Program-made: the position numbers and the translations under genes | Sequence record: DRR723986_4969 | DNA: 64,000 nt | Strand: one strand, 5' to 3' | In this document: one piece after another, positions 19,522 through 29,348 of the stretch | Position numbering within the stretch: the first letter of the stretch is position 1 | How the letters are laid out: each line of letters opens with the position of its first letter | Notes under the pieces: model-generated | What the model was told of the DNA's origin: nothing | The model's input: the letters and a program-made list of their open reading frames with translations, nothing else | Databases searched by the model: none

Positions 19522-20445
19522 TTGCGTTTTCTATTCAGCCTTTGTTTTTGCGCAGCCCTGTTGCCAACCTTGTTGCCCGGCGCCCTGTCCGCTGCCGAGA
19601 TTACCCATGCCATGGGCACCACCGAGGTGCCGGACACTCCGCAGAAGATTGTCGTTCTCACCAACGAAGGCACCGAGGCAATGCTCATGCTGGGCAAGAC
19701 GCCTGTTGGGGCTGCGTCATCCTGGTATGGCGATCCCTGGTACCCGCATCTGGGCGACCGGATGGCCGGAGTTGAAGTTGTGGGGACGGAGCTTGCGGTC
19801 AACCTGGAACGGCTGGCCATGCTCGAGCCGGATCTGATCCTCGGCAGCAAGAAGCGGCACGAGGAAATCTATCCTCAGCTCTCCGCCATTGCGCCCACGG
19901 TGTTTGTGGTCAATGCCACGGATTTCAAGGACAACATGAAGCTCTATGCCAGCTCGGTCGGCATGGAAGCGGAAGGCGAAGCGCTCGTCAGCGCCTATGA
20001 GGCCGACGTTGCCCGGTTGCGCGCCGCCCTCGGCGAGAATGCCGGCGACACGGTTTCCGTCGTCCGTTTCGTGCCCGGCCAGCTTTACGTTTATCGCCAT
20101 GACAGTTTCTCCGGTGTTGTACTGAACGACATCGGTTTCAAGCGGCCCGAGGTACAGGCGCAGGACGGTCTGGCTCTTGCCGTCGGCAAGGAAAGCATCC
20201 CGAACATGGAAGCCGACCGGATGTTCTACCTGACATATGACACCGGCAATGGAGAGGGCACGGCCCTGGAGGGCGAGACTCTGAAAGACCCTCTCTGGGC
20301 CAATCTGGAAGTCGTCAAGGCGGGAAACGCCCACAAGGTCGATGACGGTGTCTGGGCGACGTCGCAGGGCATTCTTGCAGCCCGCGCAATGCTTCGGGAC
20401 ATCGCCCGGATCTACGGGACGGATGTCGACCTCAGTTCCAACTGA
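19522..20445 (+). CDS. Iron-siderophore ABC transporter substrate-binding protein
   Basis: Signal peptide, ITHAMGTTEVPDTPQKIVVL, NLERLAMLEPDLILG, LSAIAPTV. Confidence 0.9.
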   Translation: MRFLFSLCFCAALLPTLLPGALSAAEITHAMGTTEVPDTPQKIVVLTNEGTEAMLMLGKTPVGAASSWYGDPWYPHLGDRMAGVEVVGTELAVNLERLAMLEPDLILGSKKRHEEIYPQLSAIAPTVFVVNATDFKDNMKLYASSVGMEAEGEALVSAYEADVARLRAALGENAGDTVSVVRFVPGQLYVYRHDSFSGVVLNDIGFKRPEVQAQDGLALAVGKESIPNMEADRMFYLTYDTGNGEGTALEGETLKDPLWANLEVVKAGNAHKVDDGVWATSQGILAARAMLRDIARIYGTDVDLSSN

Positions 20446-20463
20446 ACTCCTGTGAGGCAACAG

Positions 20464-20492
20464 GGCCCGGATCAAAAGTTTTGACCCGGGCC
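20464..20492 (+). terminator. Stem-loop after siderophore-binding protein gene
   Basis: GGCCCGGATCAAAA / TTTTGACCCGGGCC inverted repeat (1 mismatch). Confidence 0.5.
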
Positions 20493-20733
20493 ACCTTGCC
20501 ATCCCGAGCGTCTGGCACGGAGCAGAAATGATTGCCGGAACGAAGAAATACAACCCGGTCACCAAATTAGGTTGTATTTCAAAAGGATGCCGTCACACCA
20601 CCGTGACGGACAACGGCCGGAAACCTTCCCTTCCCTGAAAATAAGAGCTAGCCTTACGTAAGGTAATTAAACGCATCGGCAGTTGAAGAGCCGGTCCATG
20701 CGTTTGACCCACCAACGCGAGAGGGCGGGCTGA

Positions 20734-23193
20734 ATGGCCTCGAGAGAACCGGCACGGCCGGGCATATCGGAAACCGGTGGAGACGCGGGGCTGATCGACA
20801 GCATCGCCCGTACCAATGCCGAGGCCATTTGCACGGTTCCCGGTCTGGCGCGACGCCCACAGCACCCGAAACACCACGGCTGTGTCCGCGCCCGCTTCAG
20901 TATCGGCGAAGTGCCAGAGGACTTGCGTCACGGTCTCTTCGCCTTACCGGGCACATATGACGCCCTTGTCCGGTTTTCCAACGGCCGCCAACTGGATGAC
21001 CGGAAGCGGGACGCCCACGGCATGGCCATCAAGGTGCTGGGCATCGACAGGGAGTGGCTGTCGGCTGAAAACCCGGACGGCAGGGTGCAGGACTTCATTC
21101 TCGTCGACCATGAAACCTTTTTCACCGGTGACCTCGGCGACTACGACGACATCAACACCCTGGTGCTGAAACGCGGTCTTGCCCGCCTGAAGCCCTTGTC
21201 CCGGCTTCTGTTCACCGGCTTCTATCTCTTCGGCAGGATCCGGGCCTTTGTCTCTCATCGCCCCGTGTCTCCGCTTGCAAGCCGATACTTCAGCACCACG
21301 CCTTATCGGCTTGGCGATCTTCTGGTGAAATATACCGCAACGCCAAGGCCGGTGCCGGTGGATCCGCCTGAGGTCAAATCCGGACGCGATCAATTGGCCG
21401 TCGCGCTGAGGGAAACCCTGATCCGTTGCCCGGTCACTTTTGAATTCGGCGTCGATGTTCAGATAGATCCGGCCACGCAGCCGGTTGATGATCCGTCGAT
21501 TGCCTGGTCGGCGGTGCCGGGCGCGCGTCACGAAAAGCTGGCGACGCTGGAAATCTTTCAGCAGGACGTCGATCAACACGCCCCACTGGCGGAGAACATC
21601 GCCTTTTCACCCTGGAACAGCCTGCCGGCGCACGAGCCCGTCGGCGCCATCAACCTTGTCCGGCGACAAGCCTACGAGAGTGCCGCTTGCAAGCGGCATG
21701 AAGTCAATGGCGTTGTTCCACCCGTCTTTGCCGGCATTCCGGAAAGCTACAAGATGCAACAACCATCCGTATCGCCCAGAAACGACGGCATGCCGCTTTG
21801 GTTGGCGATTGTCGCCGCGCTGCTGCTGATTGCCTGCCTGGTCCTGGAAGGCAAGCGCCTCACCATCAAGCCGGGTCCGCCACAAACCTTTGACAATCCG
21901 GTCGCCGAATTCAAATACGGTTCCATCGGCGCCGAATGGGACGGTTTCCCCTATATGGTCTGGCGCGAACTGCCGGCAATTTTCAAGGACGAGCTGCCCG
22001 AAGGCTGGCGCACATTCGGCTTCATCGAGGAACCGGGACAGGAACTTCCGATCGGCTTCAGCATCCGGCGCGTCGGTGTGCCGAGGGTCGGCTTCAATTG
22101 CGCCACCTGCCACAGCGTGGAGGTCACCGCCGGCGGCAACACCATGTTGTTGCTGGGTGCACCTGCCGAAAAGCTCGATATCCAGTCCTACATCCTGTTC
22201 CTTGGCTACGTTGCCGCAAGCGACAAGCTGACGGCGGATGCGGTGATCGAAAGCGCCGCGCAGGCCGGCAGACCTCTGGGGCCAATCGACCGTCTGCTGG
22301 TGCGCACCATTCTTGTCCCCGGCATCAAGGACCAGGCCGATGGACTGGCGACCGCTTTCAGCTGGATGAAGGTGAAACCGCAGCATGGCCCTGGGCGCAC
22401 GGACGCGGGCAACAACTGGCGCGCGCGCTGGGGCTATGGCCCGGAAAAGGACGAGGCGGTCGGAACGGTCGACTTTCCCTCGGTCTGGAACCAGGGCATC
22501 CGCGAGGGGGGCTGGTTCCACTGGGACGGCAACAACAATTCGCTGATCGAGCGCAACTATTCCGCCGCCCTTGCCGGCGGCGCCAAGGAATGGCTGCTGC
22601 AACGCGGGCTGATCGATGCCCAGGCGGAATGGCTGCGGGACCTGCCGCCGCCCGCCTACCCCTTGCCAGTCAATGCTGACATGGCAGCAGACGGCGCCGC
22701 GATATACGAAAGGGAAGGCTGCGGCACGTGTCATGACCCAGAAGGCGAGAGCTTCGGGCAGGTCACGCCGCTTTCGGACCTTCAGACAGACCCGGCACGA
22801 TCTGACCTCTTCGACGATGCCTTCGTCAGCCGCTTCGGCGATGTCGGCAAGGGGTACACCTGGCGGTTCTCGCACTACCGGGCAACGGACGGCTATGCAA
22901 ACACGCCGCTGGACGCCATCTGGGCACGCGGGCCCTATCTCCACAATGGTTCCGTGCCGACGCTTCGGGCGCTTTTGTCACCGCCGGAAGACCGTCCGGC
23001 GACCTTCTATCGCGGCTGCACGGATTTCGATCCGGTGGACGTCGGCTTTGCCTGCGAAAGTGGCTTCCTGTTCGACACGCAGCTGACCGGCAACGGCAAT
23101 GGTGGACATCTTTACGGCACCGGTCTTCCGGACGGCGAGAAATCCGCACTGATCGAATATCTCAAATCCAAGCAATATGCGGGGCGGTCATGA
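20734..23193 (+). CDS. Fusion: catalase-related haem domain + TM helix + di-haem cytochrome c (RoxA/MauG-like) domain
   Basis: N-half: RRPQHPKHHGCV, VRFSNG, GMAIKV, QDFILV, FSPWNSLPAHEPVGAINLVRRQAY. TM: PLWLAIVAALLLIACLVL. C-half: FKYGSIG, CATCH, CGTCH, PYLHNGSVPTL. Confidence 0.85.
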   Translation: MASREPARPGISETGGDAGLIDSIARTNAEAICTVPGLARRPQHPKHHGCVRARFSIGEVPEDLRHGLFALPGTYDALVRFSNGRQLDDRKRDAHGMAIKVLGIDREWLSAENPDGRVQDFILVDHETFFTGDLGDYDDINTLVLKRGLARLKPLSRLLFTGFYLFGRIRAFVSHRPVSPLASRYFSTTPYRLGDLLVKYTATPRPVPVDPPEVKSGRDQLAVALRETLIRCPVTFEFGVDVQIDPATQPVDDPSIAWSAVPGARHEKLATLEIFQQDVDQHAPLAENIAFSPWNSLPAHEPVGAINLVRRQAYESAACKRHEVNGVVPPVFAGIPESYKMQQPSVSPRNDGMPLWLAIVAALLLIACLVLEGKRLTIKPGPPQTFDNPVAEFKYGSIGAEWDGFPYMVWRELPAIFKDELPEGWRTFGFIEEPGQELPIGFSIRRVGVPRVGFNCATCHSVEVTAGGNTMLLLGAPAEKLDIQSYILFLGYVAASDKLTADAVIESAAQAGRPLGPIDRLLVRTILVPGIKDQADGLATAFSWMKVKPQHGPGRTDAGNNWRARWGYGPEKDEAVGTVDFPSVWNQGIREGGWFHWDGNNNSLIERNYSAALAGGAKEWLLQRGLIDAQAEWLRDLPPPAYPLPVNADMAADGAAIYEREGCGTCHDPEGESFGQVTPLSDLQTDPARSDLFDDAFVSRFGDVGKGYTWRFSHYRATDGYANTPLDAIWARGPYLHNGSVPTLRALLSPPEDRPATFYRGCTDFDPVDVGFACESGFLFDTQLTGNGNGGHLYGTGLPDGEKSALIEYLKSKQYAGRS

Positions 23194-25274
23194 GGCTTAG
23201 CGCATCCTTCAAGGGAACGTTTCTCGACATCATCTGCCTGCTCGTTGGGACGATCATGGCCTATCGCGGTGTCGAGGAATTCTTCCGCTACGATTTCGAT
23301 CCGATACACATGGTCCTCGGGCTGGCGCTGGGGGCCGGTGCCTATGCCAACTGGCTTATGTTCCGGCGGCTGCGCATCGGCTACTGGATCTTCATCGGCG
23401 GCAATGTGGTCGTCGCCTTTGTGTTCATATTCGTGCTGCAGGATGTCTGGCACCACCACGTCTGGCCACATATCCTCTATGCCCTGGTGTTCGTGCCGTT
23501 CCTGGATCAGCTCGGCGCCCGTTCCGAGAGGGACGTTCTGCGGGATCCGCCGGTGCACAAGCGGATCCTCGGTTTCATCGGCGGCCAGGCACTGAAACTG
23601 GCCGAGGCCTTTCCCGCCCTCGTCCGGCTGGTCAAGCGTTGCGGTCCGCTCAGCCGGGTGATCAACCGTCTTGTCATCAACGGCATCTCGAACGCGCCTC
23701 CCGGCCGTCCGCTCCCGCTCTCCCTCTGGACGCCGCATGACCCGGAAACGCATCTGGAAATGGTTGCGGGCCCAAAGGATCCGGAAAAGACCACCAGCAC
23801 CTTCGCCAGCTGGCCGGGTCTGGTTGACCGCCGCTACACCGGCCGGCACCTGCCACCCGTCGATCAGGATTTTGTCGATGCCCTGCCGGAAGTGCCGAGG
23901 GTGGCGGAACTTTACCGGCGCAAGGCGATGGTCGAGAGCGACACCAGCACGCTGTTCTGCTTCTTTGCCCAGTGGTTCACCGACAGTTTCCTGCGCACTC
24001 ATCCGCTGAACAAGCGGCTGAACACCTCGAACCACGAAATCGATCTTTGCCAGATCTATGGTCTTGGCGAGGAAACCACCTCGTTTTTACGGGAAGGCGC
24101 TTTTCTGAAGTCCCGGCAGACGCCCGTCGGCGAGCTGCCACCGCTGCTCGCGGGCCCGGATCTGGCAGTCAAAGCGGAGTTTGCCGGCATTCACTTCATG
24201 CCCATGTGGGCAACGACCTTCCTGGGGGCCGATCCGGAATGGGGCGCTGCGAAAAAACTTCGGGAACTCCTGGCTGGTATCGGGGATTGGGCCGTCACGC
24301 CGGAGCGCTGGAAATGCCACTATGCGGCCGGCCTGGAACGGGCCAATTCCACGATCCTCTACAGCGCGCTCAACACGATCTTCCTGCGCGAGCACAATCG
24401 TCTCGCGCGTGAGATCGGCAAACGGAACCCGCACTTCGGTCCGGACCGCATCTTCGAAACGGCCCGCAACATCAACATCGTCAAGCTGCTCAAGGTTATC
24501 ATCGAGGACTATATCAACCACCTTGCCAATTCGCCGTTCAAGATCTTCGTGGAGCCTGGCGATGCGGACAAGCGCCTGTGGTACCGCACCAACCGGATCT
24601 CGCTGGAATTCGACCTGCTTTACCGCTGGCATGCCATGGTTCCGGATCGGTTCCTGTTCCAGGGCGAGGTACTGGAAAACGAAAATTTTCGCTTCAACAA
24701 CACGATCATCGAAAAACACGGCGTCGAGGCGGTCATCGATGCGGCGGCGAGCCAGCGGGCAGGCAAGCTGACACTCCACAACACCCCGTTCTTCCTGCAA
24801 GGCGCGGAAGAACGCACGCTGGCATTTGCCCGCAGGTTCCGGCTCGCCCCCTTCAACGCCTACCGCGCCTCCTGGAAGCTGCGTCCGTACGACAGTTTCC
24901 TGGAACTGACCGGAGGCGACGCCGGTCTGGCGGGAGAGCTGGAAGCACTCTATCCCGACTGGAACGGCGTGCGCGGCATCGATCGGGTCGATCTTCCCAT
25001 CGGACTGCTGGCCGAAGACCAGATGCGGGCGCGCCCGCTACCGCCCCTGCTTCTGGCCATGGTCGGGTCCGACGCCTTCTCCCAGGCACTCACCAACCCG
25101 CTTCTGGCAAAGAATATCTTCGGTCCGGAGGTCTTCACCGAGTATGGCATGACGGAAATCGAGGCGACGTCCACCTTCCAGAACATTGTCGATCTCAACG
25201 TTGCCGCCAACGCCAGAAGGCCGAATGCGAATTTCACCATCAACAAGGACACGCTTCTGACCTGGCCAGGCTGA
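23190..25274 (+). CDS. Peroxidase-cyclooxygenase superfamily haem protein (PGHS/fatty-acid dioxygenase-like) with N-terminal TM segments
   Basis: FFAQWFTDSFLRT, EIDLCQIYG, FLREHNRL, KVIIEDYINHL, NRISLEFDLLYRWHAMVPD, FNAYR...PYDSFLELTG; ATGA overlap with upstream gene. Confidence 0.9.
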   Translation: MRLSASFKGTFLDIICLLVGTIMAYRGVEEFFRYDFDPIHMVLGLALGAGAYANWLMFRRLRIGYWIFIGGNVVVAFVFIFVLQDVWHHHVWPHILYALVFVPFLDQLGARSERDVLRDPPVHKRILGFIGGQALKLAEAFPALVRLVKRCGPLSRVINRLVINGISNAPPGRPLPLSLWTPHDPETHLEMVAGPKDPEKTTSTFASWPGLVDRRYTGRHLPPVDQDFVDALPEVPRVAELYRRKAMVESDTSTLFCFFAQWFTDSFLRTHPLNKRLNTSNHEIDLCQIYGLGEETTSFLREGAFLKSRQTPVGELPPLLAGPDLAVKAEFAGIHFMPMWATTFLGADPEWGAAKKLRELLAGIGDWAVTPERWKCHYAAGLERANSTILYSALNTIFLREHNRLAREIGKRNPHFGPDRIFETARNINIVKLLKVIIEDYINHLANSPFKIFVEPGDADKRLWYRTNRISLEFDLLYRWHAMVPDRFLFQGEVLENENFRFNNTIIEKHGVEAVIDAAASQRAGKLTLHNTPFFLQGAEERTLAFARRFRLAPFNAYRASWKLRPYDSFLELTGGDAGLAGELEALYPDWNGVRGIDRVDLPIGLLAEDQMRARPLPPLLLAMVGSDAFSQALTNPLLAKNIFGPEVFTEYGMTEIEATSTFQNIVDLNVAANARRPNANFTINKDTLLTWPG

Positions 25275-25390
25275 TATCCCTGGCCGGGCTTCCCCGCTGC
25301 ACAAGCTTTACGAACGCAGAATTGCGCCGGCAAAATTTGCAAAGCCTGCCCGAAAGGCTATCGTGAAGTGCTGTGTCAAGGGAGGATGAC

Positions 25391-27151
25391 ATGCGCGACC
25401 TTGAACATGTGAGTGAAATCGACCGCGTATTGAAGGGGTACGAGACCGGCAGGGATGGGCTGGTGTCGGAAAGCTGGCGGCGCTGTGTCCAGACGTACGG
25501 CATGGATCCGGCGCGTCCGGAACCGGCACATATCGTCACCGAGCAGCAACTGCGCGAACATCAGGAGCAGTCCGAGCGGTTGATCGCGACGGCTCGTTCC
25601 GGCCTGCGCACCCTGTTCAAGCAGGTGGCCGGGCACAACTACGTACTGCTGCTGGCCGATGCCAAGGGTGTGTGCGTCGACTTCTTCGGCGATCCGCGGT
25701 TCGAGGACGATCTCCGGCAGGCGGGCCTTTATCTCGGGTCCGACTGGTCTGAGGATCTTGCGGGAACCTGCGGTGTCGGCTCCTGCATCGTGACGGGGGA
25801 AGCCGTCACGATCCACCAGAGCGATCACTTCGGGCTGTCGCATACACCGCTGTCCTGTACGGCGGCCCCCATCTACGACACCTGCGGCAAGCTGGCGGCG
25901 GTTCTGGATATTTCCCTCCTGCGCTCCCCAAGCCCTAAATCGAGCCAGAACCTCGCGATGAACCTGGTGAAGGCTTCCACCCGCCGGGTCGAGATGGCCA
26001 ACCTGATGGCGACCACGCGCAAGGAATGGGTCTTGCGCTTCTCGACATCGCCGGAGTTTCTGGAAGTCGATCCGGAAGCCGCCATCGCCCTGGACGACAG
26101 CGGACGGATAACGGGAATGACGCACGGTGCGCTCGCCTGTCTGGCCCCGACCGGCTCTACAGACCTCATAGGAAGCCGGATCGACATGTACCTGGACCTG
26201 GATGTCGACGATCTGCCGTCCCTGATGCGAGGCCGCCCGGCGGAAGATCGGGTTCTGCGCCGGCGCGACGGTGGTGGGTTATACGGTCATGCCATCGCTC
26301 CGCAAGCCGCTCGCATGGCACGCAGCCCCGTTTCCGGGACCTTGCCCACGCCGCTGCGCGGCATCTGCGGGCAGGATGCGACGCTGTCGCAGGTGGTGTC
26401 GAAAGTTGCCCGGCTTGCACCAACGCAGGTTCCCATCCTGCTGTCTGGTGAAACCGGAACGGGCAAGGAATATCTGGCAAGAGCCATCCATGTTCTGGGT
26501 CCGGCCGACCGGTCGTTCCATACGCTCTGCTGTTCCGCCCTGAAACCGGAAAAGGTCGGCGCCTTGTCTGATGCTGCAGCCGGAACGCTGTTCCTGCGTG
26601 GGATCGAAGATCTTGACGTGGCGGGCCAGGCTGCCTTGCTTGCCTTGCTGGAACATCGAAGTGACCTTCGCGTGGTCGCCACCACGCGGCAGGATCCGGC
26701 AGGTTCCACAAGCATCCGCGCACTGCGGCCGGAACTTTATTTCAGGCTTGCCGGGTCTCTCATCCGGATCCCGCCGCTCCGGCATCGCCAGGATTTCGAC
26801 TGGCTGGTCGATCGCCTGTTGCGACGCTCTCCGCGGGACCTGCGCCTGTCACCTTCGGCACGCGCCGAACTCAGCGGCCGGCATTGGCCGGGCAACATCC
26901 GTGAACTCGCGACCTTGCTGGATGTCGCGACAGCGCTTGCAGAAACCGATGTGATCGACCTTACCGATCTGCCGCAGGCGTCTTTGTCCAGACGCGTCGA
27001 AACCGACCCGAAACAGGATCTGGAAGCACTTCTGGACGCCTGTGGCTGGAACATGTCCCAGGTCGCCCGAAGGCTTGGCGTCAATCGGTCGACGGTGCTC
27101 CGGCGGATGCGCTCTCTCGGCCTGGAGCCACACCCCAAGCCGCGTGCATGA
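25391..27151 (+). CDS. GAF-AAA+-Fis HTH regulator (AcoR-like), degenerate AAA+ domain
   Basis: ESWRRC, WSEDLAGTCGVG, CTAAPIYD (GAF); GETGTGKE; HWPGNIREL; WNMSQVARRLGVNRSTVLRRM; no GAFTGA. Confidence 0.9.
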   Translation: MRDLEHVSEIDRVLKGYETGRDGLVSESWRRCVQTYGMDPARPEPAHIVTEQQLREHQEQSERLIATARSGLRTLFKQVAGHNYVLLLADAKGVCVDFFGDPRFEDDLRQAGLYLGSDWSEDLAGTCGVGSCIVTGEAVTIHQSDHFGLSHTPLSCTAAPIYDTCGKLAAVLDISLLRSPSPKSSQNLAMNLVKASTRRVEMANLMATTRKEWVLRFSTSPEFLEVDPEAAIALDDSGRITGMTHGALACLAPTGSTDLIGSRIDMYLDLDVDDLPSLMRGRPAEDRVLRRRDGGGLYGHAIAPQAARMARSPVSGTLPTPLRGICGQDATLSQVVSKVARLAPTQVPILLSGETGTGKEYLARAIHVLGPADRSFHTLCCSALKPEKVGALSDAAAGTLFLRGIEDLDVAGQAALLALLEHRSDLRVVATTRQDPAGSTSIRALRPELYFRLAGSLIRIPPLRHRQDFDWLVDRLLRRSPRDLRLSPSARAELSGRHWPGNIRELATLLDVATALAETDVIDLTDLPQASLSRRVETDPKQDLEALLDACGWNMSQVARRLGVNRSTVLRRMRSLGLEPHPKPRA

Positions 27152-27155
27152 CTAT

Positions 27156-27183
27156 CTGTTGCGTCCTGTTGCGCGCGCAACAG
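27156..27183. promoter_or_regulatory. Putative operator of the AcoR-like regulator
   Basis: Perfect 18-bp palindrome CTGTTGCGCGCGCAACAG (27166-27183) preceded by a direct-repeat half-site CTGTTGCG (27156-27163). Confidence 0.55.
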
Positions 27184-27286
27184 CAAACGGAGTTTCTGCC
27201 CCTTAACGTCATCAATTGACGGGCGTTCCATGGAAAAATGCGGGGGCGCTCTGCATTGTTTCCTCCATAAACAGGGAGGAACTGGA

Positions 27287-29086
27287 ATGCTCGACAAACC
27301 ATTGATTCACGAGACCGAGACTTTTCTCAACACTTTCGGCAAGGCGCTGGAAGACGGCAAGATCGATGCTGCAACGGACATGTTCCTGGACGATTGCTAC
27401 TGGCGGGACCTGATTGCCTTTACCTGGAACATCAAGACCGTCGAGGGCAAGGATCAGGTCCGCGACATGCTGGAAAAGCAACTGGCCTCCACGGGGCCGC
27501 GCAACTGGCGCATCGCGGAAGGTGAAATACCGACGAAAGAGGGCGATGTCGTCACGGCCTGGATTCAGTTCGATACCGAACGGGCCCGCTGCTTCGGCCT
27601 GATCCGGCTGAAGGGCGGCAAGATCTGGACCCTGCTGACAACCATGGCCGAGCTGAAGGGCCATGAGGAGCCGAAGGGCTTCAACCGGCCGCTGGGGGCC
27701 AAGCACGGCGCCAGCAAGCACCGCACCAGCTGGAAGGAGGAGCGCGAGCGTGAACTGGCGGACCTCGGTTACAAGACCCAGCCCTATTGCCTGATCATCG
27801 GTGGCGGCCAGGGCGGCATCGCGCTCGGCGCGCGCCTGAGGCAGCTCGGTGTGCCCACAATCATCGTGGAAAAGAATGACCGGCCCGGCGATAGCTGGCG
27901 CAACCGCTACAAGTCCCTCTGCCTTCACGATCCCGTCTGGTACGACCACCTGCCCTACATCAAGTTTCCGGAAAACTGGCCTATCTTCAGCCCCAAGGAC
28001 AAGATTGGCGACTGGCTGGAAATGTACACTAAGGTCATGGAACTGAACTACTGGACCCGGACCGTTGCCAAATCCGCAACTTACGACGAAACAAAGAAGG
28101 AATGGACAGTCGTCGTGGATCGTGACGGCGAGGAAGTAGTTCTGAAACCGAAACAACTGGTCATGGCAACCGGCATGTCGGGCAAGGCAAACGTTCCGAA
28201 ATTCCCCGGCATGGACACCTTCAAGGGCGACCAGCATCATTCTTCCAGACATCCGGGACCGGATCAGTATCGCGGCAAGAAGGCGGTCGTGGTCGGCTCC
28301 AACAATTCGGCGCACGATATCTGCGCGGCGCTTTGGGAAAATGATGTCGATGTGACCATGGTGCAGCGGTCCTCCACCCATATCGTGCGCTCGGACACCC
28401 TGATGGATGTTGGCCTCGGCGCGCTTTACTCGGAAGAGGCGGTCCGGTCCGGCGTGACGACGGAAAAGGCGGACCTGATCTTCGCCTCACTACCCTACCG
28501 GATCCTGCACGAGTTCCAGATCCCTGCCTATGCGGAGATGAAGAAGCGGGACGCGGACTTCTACGAAGGGCTGGAGAAAGCCGGGTTCTGGCTGGATTGG
28601 GGCGACGACGAAAGCGGCCTTTTCCTGAAATACCTGCGCAGGGGCTCCGGCTACTACATTGATATCGGCGCCAGCCAGCTGATCATCGACGGCGAGATCA
28701 AGCTGAAGCGTGGCCAGGTCACCGAGATCGTGGAAGACGGTGTCATTCTGGACGATGGCACGAAGCTGGAAGCGGACGTGATCGTCTATGCCACCGGCTA
28801 CGGTTCCATGAACGGCTGGGTTGCCGACCTGATGGGCCAGGACATGGCCGACAGGGTTGGCAAGGTCTGGGGCCTTGGTTCCGACACCACCAAGGACCCG
28901 GGGCCCTGGGAAGGCGAACAGCGGAACATGTGGAAACCGACCCAGCAGGAAGCGCTCTGGTTCCACGGTGGCAACCTGCACCAGTCACGCCATTACTCCC
29001 AGTATCTGGCGCTACAGCTGAAAGCGCGGATGGAAGGCCTGCCGACCCCGGTCTACGGCCTGCAGCAGGTCCATCACCTGTCCTGA
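27287..29086 (+). CDS. Flavin-containing monooxygenase with N-terminal SnoaL-like extension (type II FMO-like)
   Basis: [12 protein letters not shown]-terminal extension; [48 protein letters not shown]. Confidence 0.9.
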   Translation: MLDKPLIHETETFLNTFGKALEDGKIDAATDMFLDDCYWRDLIAFTWNIKTVEGKDQVRDMLEKQLASTGPRNWRIAEGEIPTKEGDVVTAWIQFDTERARCFGLIRLKGGKIWTLLTTMAELKGHEEPKGFNRPLGAKHGASKHRTSWKEERERELADLGYKTQPYCLIIGGGQGGIALGARLRQLGVPTIIVEKNDRPGDSWRNRYKSLCLHDPVWYDHLPYIKFPENWPIFSPKDKIGDWLEMYTKVMELNYWTRTVAKSATYDETKKEWTVVVDRDGEEVVLKPKQLVMATGMSGKANVPKFPGMDTFKGDQHHSSRHPGPDQYRGKKAVVVGSNNSAHDICAALWENDVDVTMVQRSSTHIVRSDTLMDVGLGALYSEEAVRSGVTTEKADLIFASLPYRILHEFQIPAYAEMKKRDADFYEGLEKAGFWLDWGDDESGLFLKYLRRGSGYYIDIGASQLIIDGEIKLKRGQVTEIVEDGVILDDGTKLEADVIVYATGYGSMNGWVADLMGQDMADRVGKVWGLGSDTTKDPGPWEGEQRNMWKPTQQEALWFHGGNLHQSRHYSQYLALQLKARMEGLPTPVYGLQQVHHLS

Positions 29087-29117
29087 CCGGAAACGCGGAC
29101 AGGACCTGACCAAATGG

Positions 29118-29150
29118 AAGAGCCGGGGGAAATGTCCCCCGGCTCTTTCC
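29118..29150 (+). terminator. Rho-independent terminator
   Basis: AAGAGCCGGGGGA-aatg-TCCCCCGGCTCTT followed by a pyrimidine-rich tail. Confidence 0.8.
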
Positions 29151-29348
29151 TTCTTCACGACACCTTCACCATCGTCATCCCGGTCGCACCGAAGGCGGGA
29201 AACTTTCCCGCCCCGAGACGCAGCGGTCTCTGCGCGTAGTAGAGCAACGGCAACGCCGGAAAAGAACAACGTCAAAATCACTTTTACCGCACCGGTTTGG
29301 CGCCTATTGTGCGAAAAAACCACAGTAATTTCCGTCAGGATACGGTCC

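Noticed and set aside
20513-20527. Sigma54 promoter (TGGCACG) upstream of the haem-enzyme operon
   Set aside because: The -12 TTGC element is missing.
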